64,000 nt of DNA from Thermodesulfobacteriota bacterium (GCA_963675595.2 CAXXLZ010000001.1:576001-640000), one strand, 5' to 3'. Shown: positions 48,540-59,445, counted from the first letter of the stretch. Notes: generated from the letters alone by a model not told the origin. Translations and numbers: made by a program.

Positions 48540-49264
48540 GGGTACATGGATCCGGATCGTCTGCAAGGCGGCAGGTCGTTCCATTGGAAATCGTCCTCTC
48601 CGAGGTCGTGGGAAGGGAGGTCCTGAACACTCTTGAGATATTGCTCGACGGCTTCTTCCCGGTCTTTCTCCATCGTCTCGAATTGGAGCCCGAATTCCGT
48701 GAAATCGCCGTTCACGGAGGAGTTCCGGCAGGTTGCCCGCAGTTCTTGTCGGTCGGCGATTCCTGGGAAAGAACAGGACAATCGGACCTCTTCGCCGAGT
48801 CGGAGGCCGTCAAGGATTCTCTGCTTGGACCGGAACCGGCAGCCCGCCTCGCTGATGTCGGTGATGATCCCTTGATATCGATCCATCCCCACCGTCAGTT
48901 CGGCCGGAAGACGGCAGTCCATGCGGGTCGAGGTTCTCAGGTTCAAGTTTTCAACCACTTCCGGGCACTTGACGAAAACCAGCTTGAACGGCCGCTGGAA
49001 ATGATGGCCCACAACAGTGCTCTTAAATCCATACACCTTGCCGGAATGCATATATCGGCAAACCACGCGCTGGTCTTCAAACAGCAGGCGCTTGATGTCG
49101 GCGATTTGGCGGCTATGGAAAATCAGATACTCCTGCGGGAATTGACCGAGCAGGTAGCCCTTGACGCGACCGGGTACGCCTTCCAGCTCCAACTGCACCT
49201 GGGTGCCCGCTTCGAAGAAGAGGTTCCCCGTTTGCTCCGACGTGATTGAGTTGCATGCGTCCAT
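48536..49264 (-). CDS. PilZ-domain (YcgR/flagellar brake-like) c-di-GMP receptor
   Basis: RTSTR (RxxxR), DISEAG (DxSxxG), N-terminal PilZN-like region. Confidence 0.85.
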   Translation of the reverse strand: MDACNSITSEQTGNLFFEAGTQVQLELEGVPGRVKGYLLGQFPQEYLIFHSRQIADIKRLLFEDQRVVCRYMHSGKVYGFKSTVVGHHFQRPFKLVFVKCPEVVENLNLRTSTRMDCRLPAELTVGMDRYQGIITDISEAGCRFRSKQRILDGLRLGEEVRLSCSFPGIADRQELRATCRNSSVNGDFTEFGLQFETMEKDREEAVEQYLKSVQDLPSHDLGEDDFQWNDLPPCRRSGSMYP

Positions 49265-49526
49265 GCCTAACCGCCTTCTTCCGGCTTGTGGCCGGCTACG
49301 GGAGAAAAAGTGAAAATCCACCGTCCACGTGACTTCAGGCGCTTCCAACAAGACCGAGTAAGCCATTATCGCGCGTGAATCTCGCGGCTTTCTACAGGAG
49401 AACATCGTCAAAATTGTGAAGAAAGGAGTCTCAGGGGAGGGCGACGCCCTCGGCTTCGGAAGGGGAACCGAAACCGTCCAATGCCGGGAGACCTTCACGG
49501 CGGAGGCTCCCGGCGTTTTCGCTTTC

Positions 49527-50675
49527 TCAAAATCCCATCGTTTTGCCGATAATCTGCTTCATGATTTCCGTGGTGCCCGCGAATATGGACATGACGCGCA
49601 CGTCCCGATACCATCTGGAAATGGGGTATTCGTCCATGTAACCATACCCGCCGTGCAGTTGGACGCACTGGTAGGCCACGCGGTTGACCATCTCCGCCAG
49701 CCACCATTTGGCCATGGACACGCGTTTGACGATGTCCTTGCCCGACAGATGTTCCGCCAGGAGCGAGTTCAGGAAGTTTCTGCCGATTTCGATTTCCGTG
49801 GCCATTTCGGCGAGTTTGAAAGTGTTGTGTTGCAGACTGCCGATGGCTTGCCCGAAGGCCTTTCTCTCCCTGCAATACCGAGCGGTCATTTCCAGCATGG
49901 TTTCCGCGGAGGCCTGGGCCATTACGGCACAGACCAGCCGCTCCTGCTGGAGGTTCCTCATCATGTGCTGAAACCCTCTGTTCTCCTCCCCCAGCAGGTT
50001 CTCCAGAGGCACTCTGCAGTCCTCGAAAACGAGCTCGCAGGTATCGGACATGCGTAGGCCCATTTTTTCCAGCTTCTTACTCTTGGTGAAACCCGGGGTG
50101 CCGTTCTCCACCACGATGAGGCTGATCCCTTGGTGAGGCGCCTCCGCTTCGGGGTCCGTCACGCAGGCGACAATGGCCAGATCGCAGGAGGCGCCCAGAG
50201 AAATGAAGGTTTTCACTCCGTTGACGACCCAATGGTCGTCCTGTTTCTTCGCCCGGGTGGTAATGGCCTGCAGGTCCGAACCCGCGTTGGGTTCCGTCAT
50301 GGCCACGGCCATGATCGTGTCCCCGGTCACTGCTCCCGGCAACCAACGGGTCTTCTGTGCCTCAGTGCCGAAGTCCTGAATGTAGGGCGCCACAATGTCC
50401 GAATGGATGCACACGAAAAATCCCAAAGCGCCGACGTTGACCAGCACCTCGGTGATGACGGCCGAATATAGGAAGTCGGTGGCGAGCCCTCCATATTCCT
50501 CTTCCACCCAGGGGCACAAGAACCCCTGTTCGCCCATGCTCTTCCAGGCGTCTTTGGGGATGAATCCCTGTCGTTCCCAGGCTTCGAGGAAGGGAACAAT
50601 TTCCTTTTCCGCGTATTTTCGGAAAGATTCCCTGAAAATCCGATGCTCTTGCGTGTAGATCGAGTCTTCGGTCAT
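49527..50675 (-). CDS. Acyl-CoA dehydrogenase
   Basis: AMTEPNAGSD, NGVKTFIS, RKAFG, QLHGGYGY, IFAGTTEIMK. Confidence 0.95.
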   Translation of the reverse strand: MTEDSIYTQEHRIFRESFRKYAEKEIVPFLEAWERQGFIPKDAWKSMGEQGFLCPWVEEEYGGLATDFLYSAVITEVLVNVGALGFFVCIHSDIVAPYIQDFGTEAQKTRWLPGAVTGDTIMAVAMTEPNAGSDLQAITTRAKKQDDHWVVNGVKTFISLGASCDLAIVACVTDPEAEAPHQGISLIVVENGTPGFTKSKKLEKMGLRMSDTCELVFEDCRVPLENLLGEENRGFQHMMRNLQQERLVCAVMAQASAETMLEMTARYCRERKAFGQAIGSLQHNTFKLAEMATEIEIGRNFLNSLLAEHLSGKDIVKRVSMAKWWLAEMVNRVAYQCVQLHGGYGYMDEYPISRWYRDVRVMSIFAGTTEIMKQIIGKTMGF

Positions 50676-50707
50676 TTCGACCTCCTTCGGGACCTGGAAG
50701 GAGAAGA

Positions 50708-51544
50708 TCAGGCGGTTTCCAGAAGCGCGTTCCCCAAAACGACCCGTCCGTTTTCAGTTCGGGTTTGTACGATGTAGCGGCCGGCATCTTGCTTCCAGGC
50801 CTCCGTAATCAGTGCGTCTCCGGGAAAAACCACTCCGGTGAAACGGACGGAGAAGGATTTGAACCTTGACGGATCGCCCTGGCAGACACCCTCCAGCAAG
50901 GCCCGACCGGCAAACCCGTAGGTGCACAATCCATGAAGGATGGGACGGTCGAATCCGCCTTTTTTGGCGAAATCCGGTTCGATGTGCAGGGGATTCTTGT
51001 CGCCGGACAAACGATACAACGCGGCCTGGTCGGGAGAGGTGACCTGACGGATGCTCATGACGGGATCCGTGTCTGCCGGAGGTACGAGCTTCTCCGATTT
51101 GGGACCGGGGTCTCCCCCGAAATTGCCCGCGCTCCGGTCGAACAGGGCGGCCAGATTCTCGAACAATACCTCTCCGGTTTCATCCACCGTGGTCACCTGA
51201 AGATTCAGGACGGCCCCTTTTTCCCCTTTGTCGAAGATCGACGTGCATTCGTAGGTGGTCTTCAGCACGCCGGACGTGGGGATTCTCTTGTGCAGGATGA
51301 TTTTCTGTTCGCCGTGAAGCAAGTATTCAAGACGTATGCCCGCTTCCTCCACAAAACGGAAGACACAGTCCATAAGCGGCGCCGCGGCGAATGTGGGAAG
51401 CACTTTCAGATTCTTCTCGTATACGTAGTCGAGCTCGTTTACTCCCGCGCCGATACCCAGCGCGTAAAGAATGACCTTGTCGCGATCATAGGTGAACGTC
51501 ATCGGACCGAACTGCCTGCCGAGCACCTTGAGATTCAGAGACAT
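50708..51544 (-). CDS. MaoC-type (R)-specific enoyl-CoA hydratase, double hotdog
   Basis: LYALGIG, LHGEQ, YRLSGDKNPLH, PILHGLCTYG. Confidence 0.92.
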   Translation of the reverse strand: MSLNLKVLGRQFGPMTFTYDRDKVILYALGIGAGVNELDYVYEKNLKVLPTFAAAPLMDCVFRFVEEAGIRLEYLLHGEQKIILHKRIPTSGVLKTTYECTSIFDKGEKGAVLNLQVTTVDETGEVLFENLAALFDRSAGNFGGDPGPKSEKLVPPADTDPVMSIRQVTSPDQAALYRLSGDKNPLHIEPDFAKKGGFDRPILHGLCTYGFAGRALLEGVCQGDPSRFKSFSVRFTGVVFPGDALITEAWKQDAGRYIVQTRTENGRVVLGNALLETA

Positions 51545-51804
51545 AGAGACCTCCAGCATGAAGCGGATTAAGAGTTACATGCGAGAAACCCCGTCGCCGA
51601 GCGGTTGCCTGGAGGACGGTCGGACGATGGGGAAAAGATGAAGGGTCTGGTACGTGAGTCGCCGGCGTAGTTGCAGCAAAAGAAGGAGAAGCTCCACACC
51701 CAAACCCGCCGGACCGGATTCCCGTTGGGTCGATGCCGGACAATCACGTTACTGATAACTATTCACGGGGCGTGCCGCAGAGGGACGCCGTCCCCCCGGA
51801 CCCC

Positions 51805-53189
51805 CATAAGCGCTAACTTAAGCATTGTTTGCTATGCTTCTTTCCGTCTGAGGAATCAGCCGCTGAAGTGCTCGTTTCCTTGGCGGTTCTCGCAAATAAA
51901 AAGATATGTTATCCCAGCCGGCAATGCATTCGGCCAAGCCGAGTTTAGGGTTCACGGCTTGTTTCAGCAGGTGTAACATAAACATGGTCTCTCTCCAGAA
52001 GCATCGATTTCTACGGTGGTTCTTTTTGGAGTGGGTATCCCCAGGGAAAAAAAGATTCGCCTGCGGCGATCATGGCCTCCACTAAGAAAGCCACCAGTAG
52101 TTTCCCATGGATCCAGGCCTTGGCTCCTTCGATGTCGGTCTTTCTAAGATGGCCTAAACCGAGAATGGACTTTAGACGCTTGAAAGCGAGTTCAATTTGC
52201 CATCGACCTCGGTACATCTCGAGGACCTGAGAGGGCGAGATTTCACGGCCCAATGTTGTGAAAACAAATATGTAGGCCGCCGCTTCGAGGGTGTCCGGAG
52301 TAACTTGGCGACCTTTTTTCCTCGCCTCTTTTTCTATCGCTTTACGAGCTTTTTCAGTGGCGTCTTTGCTCTTCTTGATGGCACAGATTCTACCTGGAAC
52401 CAAGCGTTGTTCAAATGGAACGAATGCATCCCACTCGCCAAGCTTATTTACACGTAACGTCCTTAGATGAGGGAGTAATTGGAATCGTTCCCCTTGCTTG
52501 TCCACCATGGCGACACGGTGTTTCATTCGAACCAGGACGTCGCCGCCGTTGTCTATGACATGGTGAATTCCTCTTGGTGTGCAATAGGCTCTATCCGCTA
52601 CAAGAAGTTCACCGCCATGGACTTTGAAATTGGTGAAGGATTCTCCGATCTTGGGGTCTGTTACATAGACTTCGTCGCAGCGCAGCGAAGGCAATTGTAT
52701 GGAATAATGGACCCTCCAAGTCGTTCCGGTACTTCCAGGTTCTTGAATGGTGGAGGCATCGATCAACCTGATGCGTGAATTCTCTCCAAAAACAACGGCG
52801 GGCAGCTTTCGAAACCATTTCTCCATGACCCCTAAGGCCATCCACCGAAACCACTCTCCGCATTTATTCAGTCGTTTTAGGAGAGCTACGTCGGAAATCG
52901 ACGTAATGTTGCCGAACCTGGCTTTGGCCGCCGTCAGCCGAAGTGAGCAACCTTCCGCCAGATGGATCAGAAGCGTTCGCAACAGACCTTCGGCGTCCAC
53001 GAACTTACGGTATCTGACAACGGCACCAAGTTCCCTTGCTTTGGATTGCCAGCCATCGGGAAGAAAACCCTGGAGAACTTCCCAGTCTTCCATTTCCTCG
53101 GAAAAAACGAGACGCTCCATTGCCACCTCCTTTGGCGGCAACGGTACCATAAACCTCACCAAAACAAAAGGCTTAAGTTAGCGCTTATG
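51805..53189 (-). mobile_element. Complete IS4-family insertion sequence
   Basis: Perfect 19-bp terminal inverted repeats CATAAGCGCTAACTTAAGC, 11-bp direct repeat CCCCGGACCCC (51794-51804 and 53190-53200), and lower GC than the flanks. Confidence 0.93.
52011..53120 (-). CDS. IS4-family DDE transposase
   Basis: IDAST, ADRAY, YRGRWQIELAFKRLK (YREK motif). Confidence 0.93.
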   Translation of the reverse strand: MERLVFSEEMEDWEVLQGFLPDGWQSKARELGAVVRYRKFVDAEGLLRTLLIHLAEGCSLRLTAAKARFGNITSISDVALLKRLNKCGEWFRWMALGVMEKWFRKLPAVVFGENSRIRLIDASTIQEPGSTGTTWRVHYSIQLPSLRCDEVYVTDPKIGESFTNFKVHGGELLVADRAYCTPRGIHHVIDNGGDVLVRMKHRVAMVDKQGERFQLLPHLRTLRVNKLGEWDAFVPFEQRLVPGRICAIKKSKDATEKARKAIEKEARKKGRQVTPDTLEAAAYIFVFTTLGREISPSQVLEMYRGRWQIELAFKRLKSILGLGHLRKTDIEGAKAWIHGKLLVAFLVEAMIAAGESFFPWGYPLQKEPP

Positions 53190-53367
53190 CCCCGGACCCC
53201 CGTTGCGCTTTTGCAGATCGCGCGCGCGATTCACAAGACGAGCAGCATGTGCCGTCCAACGTATCAAAGCACTTGAAATTTGGGAAGGAGCCGGAGGGAA
53301 CCCTTTTTTCAAAATGGGTTCCCTCGGATACCCCTCTGAATGCTCACCGTTATTGCACTGAACAGAC

Positions 53368-54618
53368 TCAACGGAAGTACTTCCCGACGAAGTTGTTGAG
53401 CTTATCTTGGGGCAGCTCCGAGGCTTCGATGCGCTCGGCGACTTCGGACCGTACCCTGTCGGCGTCATGGTAGCTCAGCATGCGGAGGAGCTTGTCCTCG
53501 TGCCGGATCCCCAACGACTCCCCCATCAAGGTGATGATGGATTCCACTCTTATGGGCAGGTTGGGACGTTCCGTGGCAAAGACCGATTGGCAACCGGGGC
53601 AGTAAAGGGCCAGGATATCCGCTCCGGTTTGCAGCCCCTGCTCGAGACGCGCGGTCCGGAAATCGACGCCCGGCTTGCCCACCGCGGCCATGGCGGACCC
53701 TCCGCAGCACAGGCCTTTCTCTAAAGAGTCCTTCATCTCAATGATCTTGACCCCGGGAATGGCCTTCAGAAGCGCTCGGGGAGATTCGAGGTCCGGCTTC
53801 TCACCTCGGACCAGATGACAGGCGTCGTGAACCGTGACCGTAGCGTCCACGGGAGCGAAGGGGCCGAACTTGTCGAGATGTTCCGCCAGAAATCCGGTGA
53901 CGAATTTTCCCGTCCATTTCGTGCCGGGGTTGTGCAGGTCGAAAAACGCCTTGCAAGTGGGACACAAAAAGACCACGTTTTCGGGTGAAAAGGCATTAAG
54001 GCCCTCCACCAAATGAGCGAAACGGTCGCTGCTCGCCCGGGGATCGCCCGCGCGAAGGTCGGTATCTCCACAGCAGTAGTCCACGCCACCCAAAGCCTGG
54101 ACCGTGGGGTCCGCCCTCCGCATCAAATCCAATGTGGTCATGACCAGATCGGGTTGCATGATGCCGGTGCAGCCCGTGAACAGCACCGTTTTCGAAGGTT
54201 TCGGAGGCTGTCGGGTCACATTGGTCGTCCAAGGCCTTTCCGAAGGCGCCTGTTGCACCGCCTCCACGGCTTTCATGAAGTTGAAGGCATTGGAGGGCAA
54301 CAAGAAGGCAAGACCTCGAGGCACGGGCTCTCCGGCTTGGCGGAGAATGCCGCGCGCCAAGGACAAACCGAGCCCGGGATCAAGGCCTTCGGGACAGTGG
54401 GAGCGACACGTGGCGCAGCTCATGCACGAATAGATGCGCATTCCGGCTTGAGTGGTTGCGGCTTCACCGCGAAACACATCGAGGACGGAACTCATGATTT
54501 CACCCGGTTCCATTCCCTTCAGATCCGTCATGGGCACGATGGGACAAACATCCACGCAAATACCACAAGCGGTGCATTTTTCCGCGAAGTTCCTTCCTTC
54601 CCCGTTGAAGTCGAACAT
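53368..54618 (-). CDS. Fe-S oxidoreductase (HdrD/GlpC-like, 2x4Fe-4S plus two CCG domains)
   Basis: CTACGICVDVCP, CMSCATCRSHCP, CCG..CPTC, HDAC, CCGG..CPGC. Confidence 0.9.
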   Translation of the reverse strand: MFDFNGEGRNFAEKCTACGICVDVCPIVPMTDLKGMEPGEIMSSVLDVFRGEAATTQAGMRIYSCMSCATCRSHCPEGLDPGLGLSLARGILRQAGEPVPRGLAFLLPSNAFNFMKAVEAVQQAPSERPWTTNVTRQPPKPSKTVLFTGCTGIMQPDLVMTTLDLMRRADPTVQALGGVDYCCGDTDLRAGDPRASSDRFAHLVEGLNAFSPENVVFLCPTCKAFFDLHNPGTKWTGKFVTGFLAEHLDKFGPFAPVDATVTVHDACHLVRGEKPDLESPRALLKAIPGVKIIEMKDSLEKGLCCGGSAMAAVGKPGVDFRTARLEQGLQTGADILALYCPGCQSVFATERPNLPIRVESIITLMGESLGIRHEDKLLRMLSYHDADRVRSEVAERIEASELPQDKLNNFVGKYFR

Positions 54619-54673
54619 TGGACACCTTTCTTGAATGGATTATTGGGAATGCCGTTGTTGCCGTCGGAGTGGG

Positions 54674-56263
54674 TCAACCCTTAGGAAGCATGACCGTGAA
54701 AACCGAACCCACGCCGGTTTCGCTCGATACGAAAACACGTCCCCCGTGGCCTCTGACAACCGCCTCCACCCCGGCCAGGCCGAGGCCGTATCCTTCCGGC
54801 GTCTCCGGAGCGTCTCCACGGTAAAACATGTCGAACACGTAATTCAGGTCTTCCGGCGCGATACCCACGCCTTGGTCGGCGACCCGGACCACCACCTCCT
54901 TCTCGGTTTCCAAAGCCTCGAGGACTACTCGGGTACCCGGAGGAGAATACTTGAGGGCGTTGTCCAGAAGATTGTTGAACACTCGTCTGAGCCGGTTCAC
55001 GTCGGCTTTGATGGTGGGTAGAGGTTTCGGATTCCTGAGCTCCAGGTCGATTCCCGAATCCAGGAAACGAGGATGATAGGTTTCCACCAGCTCGACAAAC
55101 TCTTTGTGCAGGTCGGCGACTCCGAAGTTCAGCCGCAGGCTTCCGATCTGCAGCCTGGAGAAGTCCAGAAAATCGTTGATCAACGCTTCGAGCTTGGCGG
55201 ACTCTCTTCGGATGATTTCCAGGTACTGCCTGCGCTGTTCCGGGGACAGCTCGTCGTAACGGGTAACGAGACGAACGGCGAATCCCTGAATTCCAACCAG
55301 AGGGGATTTCATATCGTGAGCGAACATGGAGACCATATTCGCCCTCTCCCGTTCCAGAGTTCTGAGGCGGCTGATATCCTGGAAGACCTCAACTACGCCG
55401 ATGAGTTCACCCGAGGCGTTCACCAGCCTCGCAGTGCTCAATCTCACGGGGATTCGGCCCCGGCCTTTGGAGTGCACGGTGGTTTCTATGGGGCGCAGCC
55501 GCTCGTGTCCTTCAGGCGCGTACCTGATGGGGCATCCGGACTCGCAAATTCCGGCTCCCAAAGCCTGGTCGCAGGTTTGTCCCAAGAGCTCCTCCACAGT
55601 GACACCCGTGATGCGTTCTCCTTCGGCGTTCAACCCCGTGACTCGCAGATCGGCGTCCAGGGTCAGGACCCCCACGGGAAGGCTGTGAAGCACGGTTTGG
55701 TATTTTTCCGCCGATTCCCGAAGTTCGATTTCCAGTTTCTTCTGCGGGGTGATGTCCCGAATGGATTCGATGGCCCCGACGACATTGCCCTTGGAATCGA
55801 ACAAGGGAGAGGCTTTGGCCCACACGTAGGTTCCTTCGGGCCCCAGGCTCGGGATGTACACTTCGGTGGTCAAAGTGAAGCCGTTGCGGCTGATGTAGGG
55901 GTAACGCAATGCCGCCTCGTCGCTCCATGCAATGGCCAAGTCCACCAGAACCGGCCTTCTTCGTCCCCAAAAAGGCAGCGCGTATTCGTGGTCTCCTTTG
56001 CCCACTATGAGATGAGCCGGAACACCTGAGAAATCTTCCATGGCTCGATTCCAGATGATGACTTCGCCGCGCGGGTTGACGGCGAAAGTGGGGTCGGGGA
56101 GGAAGTCGATGATGTCGAGTAAGCGGGTTTCGGAATCTCTCAAAGCGGTTTCCACCTGTTCAAGACGGTGAATCCGCGCCTCGAGCTCTTCGGTCTTTTC
56201 CGCAGACGTGTCGGTCACACGGTCGTGAACGGTCCGATATTCGTCCTTCTTGTCGCCCCTCAT
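54674..56263 (-). CDS. Cytoplasmic PAS-PAS histidine kinase
   Basis: AHDMKSPL, NLLDNALKY, DQGVG, GYGLGL. Confidence 0.92.
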   Translation of the reverse strand: MRGDKKDEYRTVHDRVTDTSAEKTEELEARIHRLEQVETALRDSETRLLDIIDFLPDPTFAVNPRGEVIIWNRAMEDFSGVPAHLIVGKGDHEYALPFWGRRRPVLVDLAIAWSDEAALRYPYISRNGFTLTTEVYIPSLGPEGTYVWAKASPLFDSKGNVVGAIESIRDITPQKKLEIELRESAEKYQTVLHSLPVGVLTLDADLRVTGLNAEGERITGVTVEELLGQTCDQALGAGICESGCPIRYAPEGHERLRPIETTVHSKGRGRIPVRLSTARLVNASGELIGVVEVFQDISRLRTLERERANMVSMFAHDMKSPLVGIQGFAVRLVTRYDELSPEQRRQYLEIIRRESAKLEALINDFLDFSRLQIGSLRLNFGVADLHKEFVELVETYHPRFLDSGIDLELRNPKPLPTIKADVNRLRRVFNNLLDNALKYSPPGTRVVLEALETEKEVVVRVADQGVGIAPEDLNYVFDMFYRGDAPETPEGYGLGLAGVEAVVRGHGGRVFVSSETGVGSVFTVMLPKG

Positions 56264-56466
56264 TTGGGTACTCCCAGGATGCCCGTCCCGAACCCTCGAT
56301 GCTCTCAACGGCGCACGCCGGTTGAGGGCGTCTTTTCAACGCCCGCCATGGAGCCTTTCGGTATTCCAGCCTCTAACGCGTCTGCTTGGACGGTGTTCAC
56401 ATCCACTCGTAGGAGCCGATGTTTCGCTACACCGGGAGACCGCTTCCTTGAAACGAGTCCGTGCGG

Positions 56467-57786
56467 TCACTCGGTTGAAATTCCGTCCCTCTCCAGGTCC
56501 TCCGTTTCGGCTGGTCTGGAAACGCTGCCTTCGGGAAATTCGTACCATCCCGGATCTTCATAGCCGGATACGGTCTGTCTCACCTTGAGAACCGAGGTCA
56601 TGCCCCCCATGTCGATATATCCGAATTGGCCGGGCATGCCAAGCATGGGAATGGCGTTTTCAGGCAATCTCATGCGCATTCCCGCCATCTCTCCCATACC
56701 GGCCTTACCCATAGGCATATACTCGGGCAAGAGACGGCGGATGCGTTCGTCGAGCCCGGCGGTGTCGACCCCGATCATGTTCGGCAGCCCGTGACCCATC
56801 TGATTCATCATATGATGCGTCATGTGGCAGTGCATCAGCCAGTCTCCGGGATTGTCCGCAAGGAATTCGACGACCCGCACGCTGCCCACGGGAACCAATA
56901 CCGTGGTCTCGGGCCATTGGGCCGACTCGGGGATCTGACCGCCGTCGGTTTCCACAACCTTGAATGCATATCCATGGAGGTGAATGGGATGGTGGCTCAT
57001 GGCGCTCAGATTTCCGATACGGATACGCACTCGATCGCCGATTTGGGCCACCAGGGGATGGGTGCCCGGGAAAGCCTTGCCGTTGATGGTGAGTACGTTG
57101 AAATCGACCATTTCAAGAGTGTACGGTGTGCTGGTGCCGGGAACGATCTTCCACTCGTGAAGCATCAGGGAAAAATCACGCTCCGGTCGCGCGGTCCCGG
57201 CGTCCCTCGGATGAACCACAATCATGCCGGTAAGCCCCATGGCCTCCTGGGTCATGGAATCGAAGTGGGGGTGGTACATGAAAGTGCCGTGGTGCGGAAA
57301 AATGAAATCGTAGAGGAAGGTTTCTCCGGGTTTGATGGGAGGCTGAGTGAGCCCGGTCACTCCGTCCATGCCGCTGGGTAGGAGAACTCCGTGCCAGTGG
57401 ACGGTTGTGGGCGCGGGAAGCTTGTTGGTGACGTAAATGCGTACCCGATCTCCTTCCACCAACTCGATAACGGGTCCGGGAACGCTTCCGTTATAGGCCC
57501 AGGTTTTGACCACAAGACCCGGAGCGATTTCATGCCGGACGGGCTTCGCAGTCAAATGAAACACCTTGACGCCCTCGGAGATTCGATAGGGAAGGGTGGT
57601 TCCGTTCGGCACGAAGACCGGTGCGTAATCGCGCCCGATTGCGCCCGGCGGATAGACGTTCCGCTCAGCCTCCGCCCAGGGAACTTCGGGTTGGCCGGTT
57701 TGACCGGCCGTTGGCGGATCGCTTATGAGGACGGTGGCGAAGAGGATGGAAACGGTACAAATGATCTTTCGGAAAACAGGGGGCAT
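56467..57786 (-). CDS. Two-domain multicopper oxidase
   Basis: VHWHG, MYHPH, HPIHLHG, HCHMTHH, Met-rich C-terminus. Confidence 0.93.
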   Translation of the reverse strand: MPPVFRKIICTVSILFATVLISDPPTAGQTGQPEVPWAEAERNVYPPGAIGRDYAPVFVPNGTTLPYRISEGVKVFHLTAKPVRHEIAPGLVVKTWAYNGSVPGPVIELVEGDRVRIYVTNKLPAPTTVHWHGVLLPSGMDGVTGLTQPPIKPGETFLYDFIFPHHGTFMYHPHFDSMTQEAMGLTGMIVVHPRDAGTARPERDFSLMLHEWKIVPGTSTPYTLEMVDFNVLTINGKAFPGTHPLVAQIGDRVRIRIGNLSAMSHHPIHLHGYAFKVVETDGGQIPESAQWPETTVLVPVGSVRVVEFLADNPGDWLMHCHMTHHMMNQMGHGLPNMIGVDTAGLDERIRRLLPEYMPMGKAGMGEMAGMRMRLPENAIPMLGMPGQFGYIDMGGMTSVLKVRQTVSGYEDPGWYEFPEGSVSRPAETEDLERDGISTE

Positions 57787-57861
57787 GGGCAGCCTCCGGC
57801 AGTTGTCGGTTAAGGCGTCGGAATCGCCGACGGCCGGTCGTCTACTCAGCGATCCGGCGGG

Positions 57862-59277
57862 TCAATGGCCGTCGCCCGCTGAGATCATGGCGGGGGAATC
57901 CATGGGAGCGCCGGACACGGCCATGGGCGCCGTGTCCGCTCTTCCACCGTTGAGTATCTGGTCCAGTTCCGTCCGTGCGGCCCAATAAAGGAACAACTCG
58001 TCCACGGCTTTCCTCCGGGCGTCGATTTCACGCCGCTTGGCTTCCAGAAGCTGAAATACGCCCACGAGCATGCCGTTGTACCGAATCTGAGTTCGATCAC
58101 GTATTCGTCGACTGAGGGGTACGATGACCTGTGTTGCGTACAGGACCCGGTCCCTAGCGGCTCGAGTACGGAAATAGGCTGCGCGCAGAGCGCTCCGGAT
58201 CCGACCTGCCAAGGCTTCATATTCTTTGACACGCTTCCGGAGCTCGAAACGAGCGGCCGCCCTGCCGGCTTGACCTTGATTGAACAGGGGGATGGGTAGG
58301 GAAACCGCCGGTCCCACGGCCCATTCGCCGTCGGGCTACCGTTCGGCGGCCACGCCGATCTCCAGATGGGGCAGAATGGAAGTCACATCCGCGATGCCCA
58401 GGCGTCGGGATGCGATTTCCACCTGTTTTCGAGCAACGGCCAGTTGAAGACTGCCCGTCAGTGCCTTCTCGTACAAGCCTTGGCTCTCGGGCTCGGACTC
58501 GGGAAGTTCGGGGAGAGTACCGGCCGCCTGCCAGGTGACCTCCTCACCCCACAGCCCCATGAGGCGGTTTAATCGTTCACGGCTCTCGTAGGTGATGATC
58601 TCGCGCGCGTGAACCGCCATTTTCAGTTCCTCATAGACCGCACGCTGCTCCAAGAAATCGAGTTCGGTCATATTGCCGGCTCGGCGGATGCGTGCGGCCA
58701 TTTCATAGGAAATTTCAACCGCTTCCAGCTCCGTTTTCAGCATCTCAAGAATTTGCAGGTCCGCCTGATGTCGAAAAAAGGCGGTTCTCACCCGCAAAGC
58801 GAGGTCCATGATTTTGGAGGAAACGACGGCTCCGGCGACATTGAGTTCAGTCCGTGCAAGGTCCGTCTTTCTCCCGATCATGAGCAGCCCCACCACATCT
58901 TCCAACAGGGCCATCTCCACAATTTCGCCCTCACCGGCTTCCACGAACTTCACGTCCGCCTCGAATTGGGGATTGGGAGGCAACATGGCCTGAACCAACG
59001 AGGCTCTGGAAATACCCAGATCGTAGTACGATGCCTGGAGATCGGGATTGTTCAACAGCGCGATGCGTACCGCGGAATCCGGGGTGAGAGGCTGTGACAA
59101 CAGTGAAGTGAGTTTTTCGGCGGTTTGGTCGCCTTCATTCCATGCGACGTCGTACCCCGCGCGATCATGCACGTCCCGACGGACTTCCTCGAAGTCGGCA
59201 CGATCGTTTAGGGGCGCGCAGGCCGGAAACAAGGGAAGGCAAAGCCAGACGATGAGGATCCGCATTCCATACTTCAT
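57862..59277 (-). pseudogene. TolC-family outer membrane lipoprotein with in-frame TAG
   Basis: The two track ORFs share one frame: GVAAER*PDGEWAVGPAVSLPIPLFNQG, with TAG at 58336-58338. Confidence 0.8.
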
Positions 59278-59445
59278 TCCGATTCCTTTCGCGCCGATTG
59301 TTCATGAAGAAAAGGAGGCATCCGGCACGGGACCCACGCGCCGGCGACTCCCGAAATCTTATCGGACGGTTCTCGAGTGAAGAATCGGGCGGCGGACTTC
59401 TCTGCGAGTGGTGCCGACGGGGCCGACAACGGCCTCTTATCGACA

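Larger units (their letters stand above)
51761..53347 (+). repeat. MITE-like repeat family A, copy 3 (split by the IS)
   Basis: Left part 51761-51804 and right part 53190-53347 match 19691-19915. Confidence 0.8.
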
